Below are positions 13,284 to 26,170 of a DNA stretch of 64,000 nucleotides, piece after piece. This stretch comes from Octopus vulgaris (taxonomy: Eukaryota). The position numbers and the translations under genes were made by a program. The stretch's first letter is position 1. Each line of letters starts with the position of its first letter. A model generated the notes under the pieces. That model was not told where the DNA came from. It saw only the letters and a list, made by a program, of their open reading frames with translations, and searched no databases. Location of the stretch: the NCBI GenBank assembly GCA_951406725.2, contig OX597824.1, forward strand, positions 7,068,001-7,132,000, written 5' to 3'.

Positions 13284-14169
13284 ACAAAACAATCCACAAG
13301 CAGGCAGCACATTCTACATAGCAAATATCCAATAAAATAAACTACCACCAGCAGGCTAATACCCAACACATTACAAATACTAATACAACAAAAGACTGCA
13401 CTGCCTTTTACATAGCACCAGCACCAGTATCAGTTCTGCTATGGTGAATGGGTCTTCTTCTTGAGTACAATAAGGAGCCAGATATCTCAGTCTTTTGTCG
13501 GGTTCTTTTGAGTACAACAACGTACCAGACATCTTGGCCCTTTGTCCTGATATGTAATATTTCATAGTTCTGATATCACAAGCACAAAGCTTATTTTATA
13601 TGAATTGTGTGAACCCCAACAAATTCAAATGAAGGGGAAATAAAAGTTAACTGAACTCCAAAGAGATGGGTCAACAAATGTGGTTATAATAAAATGAGGA
13701 AGTCTATTTCAGTTTCATAACATGACAAAAGTTTGCAAAATATTTTGTACTTTAATGGAAATGTCACTTATCTTAACATCATCATCATCATCATCTTTGC
13801 TTTTACACCTGCTTCTCCATGCTTGCATGGGTCACACAAAAGTTACTGAGACAGACTTTTTTTTTTATGGTCTGATGAATCCCACTCCCACCCGTGCTGT
13901 CATCAACCCTCACCCATTTCCAACCGAGGTTATAATTTCCCCATTGCAAAACGTGCTTTCCAGGCAAGATTGGAAACAAACGGCATCACTTGTTTGACGA
14001 GCAAACATATTTACAACCATCACACCATGCCAAGACAACGACACACACACATACACAGACTTACTCGTACATACACTCACATGCACAAACACATTTGCAT
14101 ACATATGCACGCATATATGTATTGCAACAAGACACCTACTCCTGTTCCTTTATCACACTACATATATCG

Positions 14170-14530
14170 TGGCACTCTGTCGGTTACAATGACGAGGGTT
14201 CCAGTTGATCCGATCAATGGAACAGCCTGCTCGTGAAATTAATGTGTAAGTGGCTGAGCACTCCACAGACACATGTACCCTTAATGTAGTCCTCAGGGAG
14301 ATTCAGTGTGACACAGAGTGTGACAAGGCTTGCCCTTTGAAATAAGGGTACAACAGAAACAGGAAGAAAGAGTGAGGGAAAGTTGTGGTGAAAGAATACA
14401 GCAGGGTTCACTACCACCACCTGCAGGAGTTTCGTGGAGCTTTAGGTATTTAGGCTCAATAAATACTCACAATACTCGGTCTGGGAATCAAAACCACAAT
14501 TCCACAATCGTGAGTCTGCTGCCCTAGCCA
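14170..14530 (-). mobile_element. tRNA-derived SINE, family D (a second head copy lies at 14850-14963)
   Basis: Head homologous to 54013 (GGTGCAATGGCCCAGTGGTTAGGGCAGC...TTTATTGAGC...CCTAAAGCTCCACG); cut by an RTE fragment at 14530. Confidence 0.7.
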
Positions 14531-15252
14531 CATAAAAAGCACCAACCGATCGTGGCCATTGCCAGCCTCCCCTGGCACCTGTGCTGGTGGCATGTAAAAA
14601 GCACCTGCTACACTCACGGAGTGGTTGGCATTAGGAAGGGCAACCAGCTGCAGAAACACTGCCAGATCAGACTGAAGCCTGGAGCAGACTCCTGGCTTCC
14701 CAGACTCCGGTTGAACCGTCCAACTCGTGCTAGTACGGAAAACGGACGTTAAACGATGATGATGATGATATATATATATATATACATACACACACACAGA
14801 CACACATGTATATATATACAGGGTGGTCCAAGAGTAGATTTACAGTTATTCAGCTTTAGGTGCTTTCGCTCAATAAACACTCACTACACCTGGTCTGGGA
14901 ATCAAAACCACAATTCCACAGACGCAAGTCCGCTGCCCTAACCACTGGGCCATTGCACCTCCACTCTACATATATATATTTAGAGAAGAAAACAAAATCA
15001 ACCAAATCAACAACTGAGAATTACAAGCTGAAACACTCAAAACTGCAGAAGCAGTAAATTTTAAAAGTTTTTGAACAGATTCCAAAACTCGTCAAATTAA
15101 GGACGTTATTTCAAAGAAAACAAATTTTGGTGTTTTGTGTTGTTGTCAAATTCATTGTTGCAACTACAAACACACAAACTTACAAATTTCCTAACAATAA
15201 TATCTAAAGCACATATGGAAAATAGCGTTCCATGTAAATTACATTATCATCA

Positions 15253-15299
<47 letters not shown>

Positions 15300-15954
15300 G
15301 ATGTATTTATTTATTTATTATAAATAATAACACCATCAAAAATTTACCAAAAACATCTGTAAATATTCACAATATTACAAGTTAAAACTACCTCCATTTT
15401 CTAAAATATGGTCTTCTTTTTTTTAATCAAAATTTTTGAAGAAATGTTGATACAATTCAAATATCAAAGACTTTCTTTTAAATAGACATATAGACATCAG
15501 TAACTTTTTCGGGTTTTTTTTTGGCTAATACTGCAAGATGTTTCTTTTGATGGAATTGCTAATAAATATATTTCACTTAGTGATAATATAGTCTCTTCTG
15601 TTCTTTTTAGAATATGAAACCATATCCTACATAAATTCAATTATTACATTAATGTTATTATAGACGAAGTCTTTTAATAAATAAGAATAGAAATGTTTAA
15701 AAAAGAAAAAAAATGAAAAAATTGTGCAAGATTTTATTTTGACTCCAAAAGAACCTTTATTTGCAACACAAATATTCAGATTTATTCACAAATACGACAA
15801 TAAACAATACGAAAAAATTGTGGGACTACAGTGATACACACATACACACACACACACATAACCATACAAACATACACACACACATGACCATAATCATACA
15901 TTAACATGTGACCACACACATACAGAAACAGTACACTATACTAATACCCAAACA

Positions 15955-16432
15955 CCACCACCTCATCATCATCATCATCACTATCATCACCATCACCATC
16001 ATCATCATCATCATCATCATCATCATAATCACCATCATCACCATTACCATCATCACCAACATCTCAATCATCTACATCATCATCATCATCATCTACATCA
16101 TCATCATCATCACCATCATCACTATCATCACCATCATCATCATCACCACCACCACCACCATCATTATCATCATCATCATCACTATCACCACTATCACCAT
16201 CATCGCCATCACTATCATCAACATCCCCATCAACATCATCATCATCATCATCATAATCACCATCATCATCATCATCATCATCATCACTATCACCACCATC
16301 ATCATCATCATCATCATCATCCCAATCATCAACATCACCATCATCATCATCAACATCATCACCATCATCAACATCACCATCATCATCATCACCATCACCA
16401 CTACCATCATCGTCGTCGTCATCGTCATCATC
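15955..16432. repeat. Degenerate (CAT/CAC)n trinucleotide tract
   Basis: Seen directly; continuous with the tail of a minus-strand RTE fragment. Confidence 0.95.
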
Positions 16433-19115
16433 GTTTAACGTCTGCTCTCCATGCTGGCATTGGTTGGATGGTTTAACATGGAGGTGGCTAGCAGGAAGCT
16501 GTCCAGACTCCGGCTGTCTGTTGAGGCACAGTTTCTATGACTGAATGTCCTTCCTAACGCCAGTGTGGCTATTCTAATACACAAACATGTGACCATACTA
16601 ACACACATCCATACAGCCATATTACTACACAGTCATATTATTACACAGCCATATAATTATACACATTCACAAACATATGATTCCATCAATGCAGAAACAT
16701 AACAGAGGCAATCATATTTCTCATGCCAGCATGGATCTACATCAACACAGTTCCTACCAGAGGTGCAGATTTGGTCAAGATTTTGTTTTTATGGAATACT
16801 AATCATTGCCCATGCTTGATACAAGTCTCCTTTCACAACACCAGCCAGCCTCCCCTGGCACCTGTGCCGGTGGCACGTAAAAAGCACCCACTACACTCAC
16901 GGAGTGGTTGGCGTTAGGAAGGGCATCCAGCTGTAGAAATACTGCCAGATCAGACTGGAGCCCGGTGCAGCCTCCTGGCTTCCCAGATTCCCCGGCTGAA
17001 CCGTCCAACCCATGCTAGCATGGAAAACGGATGTTAAACGATGATGATAATGACGATGATGATTCTGGTAAGACTGGAGCCAATCCAGTTTGACAGCAGG
17101 TTATCAAAGGAAAAGACATAAACACACAGAGAACTAGAACAAGAAGTGTAAGGTATCATATTCTGATATTATAAAACTTCTGTCTGTATGCAGGGACTTT
17201 ATACACTCAGAAAATGTTGAAAGACAAAACTGACATTGGCAGAGCTTGGAGTAGAGAGAGCCTGAACGGTACACCAAGCATATGTGAAAAAGAAACCCGT
17301 GCACAATCAATTGCTACCTTAAATTAACGACTAGAGATTAATACAATGCATGTTCAGAAAATAAATACAACCATAAAGATTAGAGTGTCTTTTTTTTTCT
17401 TTTTTTCAATTAGATATTTCAACAAATGCGGGTGCAGGTATGGCTGTGTGGTAAGCAGCTTGCTTCCCAACCACATGGTTCTGGGTTCACTCCCACTGTG
17501 TGGCACCTTGGGTAAGTGTCATTTGCTATTGGGCCAACCAAAGCCTTGTGGGTGGATTTGGTAGAAAGAAACTGAAAGAAACCTGTCGTGTATATCATCA
17601 TCATTGTCGTCGTCGTTTAACAACTGCTTTCGATGCTTGCAATGGTTGGATGGTTTCACTGAGGACTGGCAAGCCAGGAGGCTGCACCACTCTCCAATCT
17701 GATCTGGCAAAGTTTCTACAGCTGGATGCCCTTCCTAATGCCAACCACTCCAACAGTGTAGTGGGTGCTTTTACGTGACACCAGCACAAGGCCCAGTCAT
17801 GCAATTCTGGCAATGACCATCCTCAAAAGGTGTTTTTTACGTGCTACCTGCATGGGAGCCAATCTGTGGCCCTGACAACGATCACATTTGGATGTGCTTT
17901 TTCATTGGCACGAGTGCCAATCAGGCTTGTAAAATAAATCCCAAGGTTGATTTATTCAACTAAAACCCTTTCAGGAGGTGCTCCAGCATGGCCACAGTCA
18001 AATGCCTTGAAACAAGCAAAAGAATGAAAGAAAGAATACAATCATGTCTGTGCCTACAGAAAGACACTAAATAAATATAACTAAGAAAATAGGTTGCAGC
18101 CTTCCTTGCATATGGATCAGAGGTTCAAATCACACAACGATCTCATTGCTTCCATTGCTACGATTCCAGTTTAATAAGTAATCAGAACAGACATGACAAA
18201 CATCGAACATTTCACACAACTTTTGAATTCACATATTTTCCAGTTCGAAAGTTGTGTGAAATGTAATCAAATTCTCGTGTTCATTTACTTTTCAAACCCC
18301 AGTTTAATGATGGTAAAGTTATTTTGCTGCATTCCTCATTGTTTCCAAAATCAACTGAAACAAAACCATGTTATCTGAAGAGAAATATAAGCAACAAACA
18401 TCATCATCATCATCATCATCATTTAATGTACTTGTCACTGGTTGTGTATGACATTAGACTCAACTGAAATGGAAGCGCAGTAGTTCTTCACTTTCAAGTG
18501 TCTACAACCATTTCCTAACAAGAGTTGTTATAGCTTCAGTTAATGCACAAAATGACCACACAGACATTTTCATTCAACCACAATGGAAACCTTTACATTC
18601 AAGACAACTGAAGCATTCGATTCACAAACTAATTGCTAAGAATCCATGTTTTGAAACGCAGCACTTGTGTGCATTCTTTTACAGTATGGATTGTAATTAA
18701 GTATCACTCTCATCCAATGCTTTCCTAATAAGCTCCAGATTCAGCTGCAATAAGTTTCCTCATTATGTAATTAAACAACTGAAGCTGCACTAACGATTCA
18801 ACAATACTAATGAACAGCCTGTGAAATCACCTTTCTGATTGCAATCTTGAACTTTTGTTTCAAACAAATAGATGAACCCTGACATATTGTTATGTGATTC
18901 ACTTTCAAGCCGCATCACGATGTACTTTGATATTTGTTTCCATTACACTAACTTTTTTTTCCTCTCCATCCTATCACAGAGGTAGATTTCTATTGCAGTT
19001 TTATCAGTTTTTCATATTGTTGAAAGAATAGCTTTTAAAGCTTTCTTCCTAGAAGTAACGACAGACAACACTAAGAAGTAAAAAAAGCTAACAGGCCTAA
19101 AGGCATACCTAGCTA

Positions 19116-19611
19116 CAGTGATCCCTTGCTACTTCATGGTTCAACTATTGCAGATTCAGGACTTCGCAGATTTTTAAAATATATATGAACGTCTAAAATG
19201 TTTCATTAAATCCATTAAAATATTAATAATAAATATTATTTCCTAGTCTGGGAACAACAAAACGAGCGTAAAATAGCAAAAATGCATATACAGGGGTATT
19301 TGAACTTAAGACAGGCTGTGATTGATGCAATGGAGAGAGAGACGACGAATCACAGCTTTCTGTTTTGTAATCTGGCCTGTGTAACAGTAACAATGTTTAT
19401 TTTTTTTTAATCCAAAGTGTTATTGCTTAACGGTTATCCTTGTTATTAATAGACTACTGTAATGGGTGGGTTGTTAAGAGTACGGGGAGGGTTTTAAAAG
19501 TCCAAATACACGTTAAATAAATGCTGTAAATATGGTGTCCCTACTTTGCAGAAATTCAGTTATCACGGCCGGCCTTGGAACCAATCTACTGCGATAATCG
19601 AGGGATCATTG
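19116..19611. mobile_element. Tigger/pogo-type MITE
   Basis: TA|CAGTGATCCCTTGCTA ... TAATCGAGGGATCATTG|TA: TIRs with TA flanks. Confidence 0.75.
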
Positions 19612-20404
19612 TATTATGTAGATACTGTCATAAAGAGCTGAAGATTTTTTTTTTTGATAATTGTAGAGTGGCAATCATTTTGTAAACTAATTTTTAAATG
19701 TCTACAAATAAATTACAAGTAAAATAATTCAAACCGTTTATATCAACCCTGAGACTCTCCATAGTTGCACAATATGAACCTAGATACAAGTAGTCCTAAA
19801 TTAAATCCTGTAATCAAATTCTCATGTTCATTTACTTTTCAAACTCCAGTTTAATGATGGTAAAGTTATTTTGCTACATTCTTCATTGCTTCCAAAATTA
19901 ACTGAAATGTGATCGTTGCCAGAGCTGCTAACTGGCTTCCGTGCCGGTGGTGTGTAGGAGGCACCATTCGAGCGTGATTGTTACCAACGTCACCTTACTG
20001 GCACCTGTGCCGTTGGCATGTGTAAAAAATTCAAGTGAGGTCGTTGCCAGTATCGCCTAACTGGCCCCCGTGCTGGTGGCACGTAAAAGCACCCACTACA
20101 CTCTCAGAGTGGTTGGTGTTAGGAAGAGCATCTAGCGGTAGAAACTCTGCCAGATCAAGATTGAAGCCTGGTGCAGCCATCTGTCCAACCCATGCTAGCA
20201 TGGAAAGCGGATGTTAAACGATGATGAAAACCATGTTATTTGAAGAGAAATATAAGCAACAAACAGTTTAAAGAATTCAAAAAACTCCGCTAGATACATT
20301 TTGGTTAAGAACAGAACTTGTCAGTAATGTTATTTGCCTTTTTTGGATTTATTTCACACATAACTTGTAAATGGTCGCTGCCAGTTAAAAGAGAACAATA
20401 TCAG

Positions 20405-20763
20405 TCCTAGACTAGATTTTTATTCTGTTTTATTTTAACTCGAATAAAAATTATTTCGTTTTTGGATTTGGTTTGCAAGATTCTTTATATGAGTTCGTGT
20501 GTTGAAGCATATTCTGTTGTTTCTGGGGAGAGTCATTTTCTTTTTGTGCCTTACAATGTAACACACTCACCGGTAAAATTTCCAATTTTTTCTTATTTTT
20601 ATTTTCCTGAAATTTTCATTGCATCAAAACTATTGAAAAGGTTGCAAGACGCAACGAAAATTTTAGGAAAATAAAAATAAGAAAAAAAGTGGAAATTTTA
20701 CCGGCGACTGTGTTACATTGTAAAGCACAAAAAGAAAATGACTCTCCCCAGACACAACAGAAT
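20405..20763. mobile_element. Fold-back repeat hinged on an HHR-like motif (probable PLE terminal repeat)
   Basis: Inverted arms ~20510-20625 and ~20648-20763; the left boundary is approximate. Confidence 0.6.
20630..20666 (+). ncRNA. Candidate minimal type-I hammerhead with U3-A8 variant core
   Basis: cta TTGAAAA g GTTGC aagac GCAAC GAAA at TT tag: perfect 5-bp helix II, palindromic AATT helix III, 3-bp helix I. Confidence 0.5.
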
Positions 20764-21662
20764 TGAATAAAATTGATTTGGTATACAAGCAGCATAGAAA
20801 CTTCTGGCACAGATTCTCAAAAGAGAATGAAGCACCAACTTACAAGAGAACAAACGGTGAGAAGAAAAGTTCCAGCATGTCCACAGTCTGCCAGATAAAC
20901 TTATGAAAGAGTTTAGTATTAAATAAATGATGCAGAACGTGAGCAGTGTACACACCATTCAGACAGTTTCTCAAAAAGACCATCGTGTAACAAAATGACA
21001 CACAGACAAAAAAAAACAAAAAAACAAACAAACGGAAAGAAGGAACAGACCAGCATTGTCACAGTTCACTAGTTTGGAACCAATACAGAGTGTTCAGCAG
21101 AATTTGTTATTAACTTAAATAAAAACAATTCGGTACGTGAGCAATACATAAGATTCAAGTACCTGGTGCAGTGAAATTATGTACAAACAAATAAACAGAC
21201 AGGAAGACAAAATGCCCCAGCATGACCAAAGTCTTCAAGTTGGAACTAATAAAAGCGACTGATTGAATATATTTTCCAAAATTACATACTTCTCCAGAAG
21301 ATAATAAACAACACAGAACAGAAATTCAATAACAGCATAGGTTTATGATAAAAATATCGCTTTTGCCCTCACTCGTGGTTGTTCAAATCTGAAAACCTTG
21401 TTGAGGTGTTAACCTACAGAGTCAGTGTAAATAAATGGTTGAGCAGCTACTTAAAATTAGAGCATCTATGCTGGCTACAGTCAATAGAGGGTCACACACA
21501 GGAAGAACCACCAGAAGTGGTACTTATTCTATAAGCCTATTACTTATTCTATCGGTCACTTTTGTCGAACTGCTAAGTGACACGGATGTAAACACACCAA
21601 CTTCAGTTGTCAAGAGATGGTGGAGGATAAACACAGACATATACACACACACACAAACATGT

Positions 21663-21700
<38 letters not shown>

Positions 21701-22733
21701 GATGAGCTTCTTTCACTTTCCGCCTACCAACTCCACTCACAAGGCTTTGGCCGGCCTGAGGCTATAGTAGAAGACACTTGCCCAAGGTGCCACTCAATGG
21801 AACTGAACTTGGAACCATGTGGTTGGTAAGCAACCTACTTACCACCCAACCACGCCTATGTCTATTTTATCAAATATCTATACAAAAATGATGAAATAAA
21901 TACAAATGTTCAAAACAAATACTTTTTTGCCTTAAAACAAAATTAAAAGAAAAAAAATTCCATATGAATAGCTACTTGCATAACCACATTGTCATTTACT
22001 CCCTATTCTCCTCCTGCCACCAAGCCTAGTATGTACAGTCATCCAGTAAGTCTTAGTGTTTAACTCATTTAACTCTCTCTTTATATCTCTTTTGCTCTCT
22101 CTCTTTCTCTCTCTCTCTCTCTCACTCTATGCATGACTCGAAAAATTAACCCACCAACCTACTCACACTTATAGTAGTTATTATTATATTGCAATCCACT
22201 AAGCGATATGCCAGAGTACTATACACAACAGACAGGTAGAGGTGAATCTCAATGTTATCCACAATGTTTAAGTATGAAGCAGCTGAAGAAATGATTTATG
22301 TATTCATGACACAAACAATAATCCAAACCTCGCAACTATGTTTCCAGAATATGTGAAATGAATTCTCTTAAGATACTTATTTATAGATGATAAAAAATCC
22401 AAGATGAATCAATTCATATTTTCAACACAAATGTTCAACATGTCTTCTAGAGTCGCAAATTTCATAGACATGTGCTAAAAGTTTCTTGAAGAATGCGAAA
22501 TTCGAAAAGAAGCATCAACATAAATAGTCTGAGAGTGAATCCATAAAAATGCATCATTTATCAGAAATATGACAATGAGAGTAATTTACGTTATTTACAT
22601 TATTTACATTTGATGGATACTTGTCTTCATCTTGTTTATTGTAAACACTTTTCGGCTGATATACCCTCCAGCCTCCTTCAGGTGGCTTGGAGAAATTTCG
22701 AACCTGGGTTCCCATTCCTAAGGTATTTTTCAA

Positions 22734-22795
<62 letters not shown>

Positions 22796-22822
22796 TCACT
22801 GCCTGCAATCAAACTCATGACT

Positions 22823-22854
<32 letters not shown>

Positions 22855-22855
<1 letters not shown>

Positions 22856-23084
22856 GGTTGGGTTACTCGATCTGAAGAAAATTCTAACTGGGCTCCACCT
22901 GCAAGGTCATGTGCTGTTTATCTTGATATGAGATCACCATGTCGCGCACATATGGTTGTGATGCATGTGCCTGGTGTACCCTTATCAGACGGGTAGTCAT
23001 GATGGGTATACTGGGCTTCGTATATTTTACCCCAGTGTCACTTTGATGGCATGCACTGCTCGCTCACTCAATAATAATAATAAT
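22855..23084 (+). mobile_element. (AAT)n-tailed retroposon 3' end inserted in an AAT tract (Dong-like by behaviour)
   Basis: 230-bp GC-richer block flanked on both sides by (AAT)n. No coding remnant, so the clade is only inferred. Confidence 0.45.
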
Positions 23085-23349
23085 TTGTGCCCTTGTGCCG
23101 CTGGCACATAAACGCACCCACTACACTCTCGGAGTGGTTGGCATTAGGAAGGGCATCCTACTGTAGAAACTCTGCCAGATCAGACTAGAGCCTGGTGCAG
23201 CCATCTGGTTCGCCAGTCCTCAGTCAAATCGTCCAATCCATGCTAGCATGGAAAGCGGACGTTAAACGATGAATAATAATAATAATAATAATAATAACAA
23301 CATTGAAAAATACCTTACGAATGAGAACCCATGTTCGAAATTTCCCCAC

Positions 23350-23398
23350 GACACCTGATGAAGAAGGCTGGAGGGTATATCAGCCGAAACGTTGTGTT
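23350..23398 (+). ncRNA. Minimal type-I hammerhead motif (PLE-type), with a 3-nt insertion after the core
   Basis: GACAC CTGATGA agaa GGCTG gagggtatat CAGCC GAAA CG TT GTGTT. Confidence 0.7.
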
Positions 23399-23911
23399 AA
23401 CAACAAACAAGATGAGAACAAATATCCGTCAAATGTAAATAATGTAAATAAAGTGCATAATTCCTCATCTCTTAAATATAGAACTGGATAAGAATAAAGT
23501 CTTATTTACATAATTAAAATTGCATTGATAAATGCGTTTTCTAAATATCACGATTTCATTTCAAAACATTGTTTTGAAACAGAAAATATGGTTTGTACGT
23601 GCTGTTCTATTCCAAATGTCTTTAAAGAACTCTGGAATTAGCAAACAATTTTAAACACAGTAAGAAGTGAATATCTACTGTAGCTTTATCGAGATGTAAA
23701 CAATGTTTATATGAACTAAAAAGTCCAAAAAAAAATTACTTTCAAAAAAGTTTATGAAAAACACGAGCGAATATCACAACTGAAAGACAATGAAAAAAAA
23801 TAAACATTTTCTAAAATCATATTTAGAAAAATAAACATTTAGATTGTAGGATAGATATTTCAGTAAATTAGCAAAAAAGTAAAATTCCATTATTTCAACT
23901 TTTTTTTCTTA

Positions 23912-23950
<39 letters not shown>

Positions 23951-24034
23951 TTGCTAAACATGAAAAACTAATTAATTTTTTTTTCTTTCTTGTTTACAAA
24001 ATACGTTCTGCAAAATAATGAAAGATTTGCAAAC

Positions 24035-24136
24035 CTCTAAAAGATGAGCAGTCACTGGCTTCCATAAAACTTCAACTCTGGATAAATTGACAAGTCCTGT
24101 CTCAAGAAGTTTAGCTACAGCAAACAGGGAGGGTTC
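24035..24136 (-). CDS. MON2: Internal coding exon of MON2 (endosome-to-Golgi trafficking regulator), 34 codons, phase 0/0
   Basis: Minus strand reads pyrimidine tract tcag|GAACCC...TTAGAG|gtttgc and translates to [34 protein letters not shown]. This closely matches vertebrate MON2 as recalled ([34 protein letters not shown]). It is too short for the ORF track. Confidence 0.95.
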
Positions 24137-24657
24137 CTGAAAAAAGAGACAACGACAGATATAGCATCATCATCATCATCAACATCATCGTCATTCATAT
24201 CTATCAAATCTCAGACATGATGGGAAGATAAACTGAAAGAAAAACAAAATCAATATGGAGATAGGGAAACATGCTGCAATGGAAAATTCTTCAGAAGGAA
24301 ATAAAACCGGAAGAGCAGGAAAAGTAGAGAAAAACAAAATTGGTGTAATCATCGTTAAACATTTCTTGTTGAGCCTTTCTAATCATCACCATCGTTAGGG
24401 ATGGCACCAGTGTATTGAAGCACCCTAGGCTAGCCCTACAATGATCTGTGTCTTCTCTCAATTATGACTGTTTACTGAATAAAATCAAAGACAGTAGTTT
24501 ACAATAGAATGTACTGTACAGTTATTATATAAGAAGGTCAGCCCTTCCGGAAATCCAATTTTCTGTGACTGTGAAGACATTGTTCCAACAATTTCAGCAA
24601 TTCTTCATTGACTGATATGGATACAAAGAATAAGGTTAAAAACACATTTATTATATA

Positions 24658-24977
24658 CAGTTCTATATTTAAGAGATGAGGAATGATGTACAGTATCTAC
24701 ATTATTTACATTTGACAGATATTTGTCCTCATCTTGTTTGCCCACGGGCATATGGCGTAGTGGCTAAGAGCGCAGGCTACTAACACCAAGATTCCGAGTT
24801 CAATTTCAGGCAGTGACCTGAATAGTAATAATAATAAGAAGAATAATAACATCGAAAAATATGTTGGGAATGAGAACCCAGGTTCGAAATTTCCCCAAGA
24901 CACCTGATGAAGGCTGGGGGGTATATCAGCCGAAATGTTGTGTTAACAACCAACAAGATGAGGACAAATATCCGTCG
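24658..24977 (+). mobile_element. tRNA-head/HHR element locus 2: inverted 3' fragment (24658-24740), tRNA head (24741-24818), (AAT)n, HHR tail
   Basis: A-box TGGCGTAGTGG at 24753-24763, B-box-like GTTCAATTT at 24798-24806, HHR at 24899-24944. Confidence 0.85.
24899..24944 (+). ncRNA. Minimal type-I hammerhead motif
   Basis: GACAC CTGATGA a GGCTG gggggtatat CAGCC GAAA TG TT GTGTT; helix III carries a CpG>TpG change. Confidence 0.75.
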
Positions 24978-25706
24978 ATGGTGCCTTTTACATGCCACCG
25001 GCAGAGGAGCCAGTCAGGCAGGCCTGGCATCGATCACATTCGGATAGTGCTTTTTACATGCTGCTGGCATGGGGGCCAGTCAGGGGGTACTGGCATCAGC
25101 CACATTTGGATGGTGCTTTTTACAGGAGAGTGTGTGTGGTGTGTCTAATCACAGGGGCCAGTAAGGCAGACCTGGCATTGATTACATTCAGCTAGTACAC
25201 GTTACAAGCCACCAGCATGAGAAACTCACAGTAATTTGTTAAGCATGTCTTTGGACATACCAGGATTCATAACCAATTATTTGGGTATCTGAAAAGCATA
25301 GTTAAAAACCCCTCATATGTGTGCTTGTGTTGAAATAAGCTAAACAATTTGCATGTTTCAACAGATGTTGACATATGTCTACCTTACACAAAAATGTATA
25401 AAAGAAAGGGAAAAAAAAGGGTGAAAAACCCAGAGAACTCATTAAAAGCTGCACTACTGCTGCAGACCTGTAAATTCTCACCCATCGTATTTTGCCAATT
25501 GGCAAGATACACTATTCATTTAATTCAGGTAAGCTAGGTGAAGACGTAAGGTGCCACTTCCCATTTACCTTTCGGAGCAAACATTAAGAAAGCTATGAAA
25601 ACGTTTTGCTGTACGAATGAATACATAAGTGATGCTGCAGATGTAGAGATAACGTGAACTGAGAGAAAAACATCTTTATGACAGCATTTATAACAGTTAT
25701 GATTGG

Positions 25707-26170
25707 ACACACAGACACACACACACACACACACACACTCTCGTTCTCTTTCCTTTCTCTCCCTCCTCTCTCTCTCTCGTTCTCTCTTTCCTCTCTCTCC
25801 CTCCTCTCTCTCGTTCTCTCTTTCCTCTCTCCCCCTCTCTCTATCATTTTCTCTTTCCCCTCTCTCTCTTTCCCCCTCCCTCCCCCCTCTATCTCTCGCT
25901 CTCTCTTTCCTCTCTCCCCCCTCTCTCTGACATTCTCTCTTTCCCCTATCTCCCTCTCTCTCTTTCATTCTCTCTTTCCTCTCTCTTGCTCTCTCTTTCC
26001 TCTCTCTCTCATTTTCTCTTTCCCCCTCTCTCTCTCGTACTCTCTTTCTTCTCTCTCCCTCTCTCTCTTTCCTTCTCCCTCCTCTCTCTCACTCATTCTC
26101 TTTTTCCCTCTCTCCCCTCTCTCTCTCTTGTTGTCTCTTTCCTTCTCCCCCTCCCTCCCTCCCTCTCCCA
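25707..26170. repeat. (CA)n followed by a CT-rich polypyrimidine tract
   Basis: Seen directly. Confidence 0.95.

Larger units (their letters stand above)
22585..23486. mobile_element. tRNA-head/HHR element locus 1: minus copy (22585-22821) and plus tail (~23273-23486) with nested insertions
   Basis: The minus arm is the reverse complement of 23300-23450; a partial tRNA head lies at 22791-22821; the plus arm ends TCTTAAATATAGAACTG. Confidence 0.8.

Noticed and set aside
13380-13569. Apparent minus-strand exon with AG/GT boundaries
   Set aside because: Another frame reads TKGQDVWYVVVLKRT and the block is doubled; it is a decayed RTE ORF2 end (compare TRDRDLWKYAVREKT).
24741-24818. Functional tRNA gene (also the heads at 45930-46010 and 54013-54085)
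   Set aside because: Imperfect cloverleaf and boxes, no adjacent oligo-T terminator, and continuous with repeat bodies.
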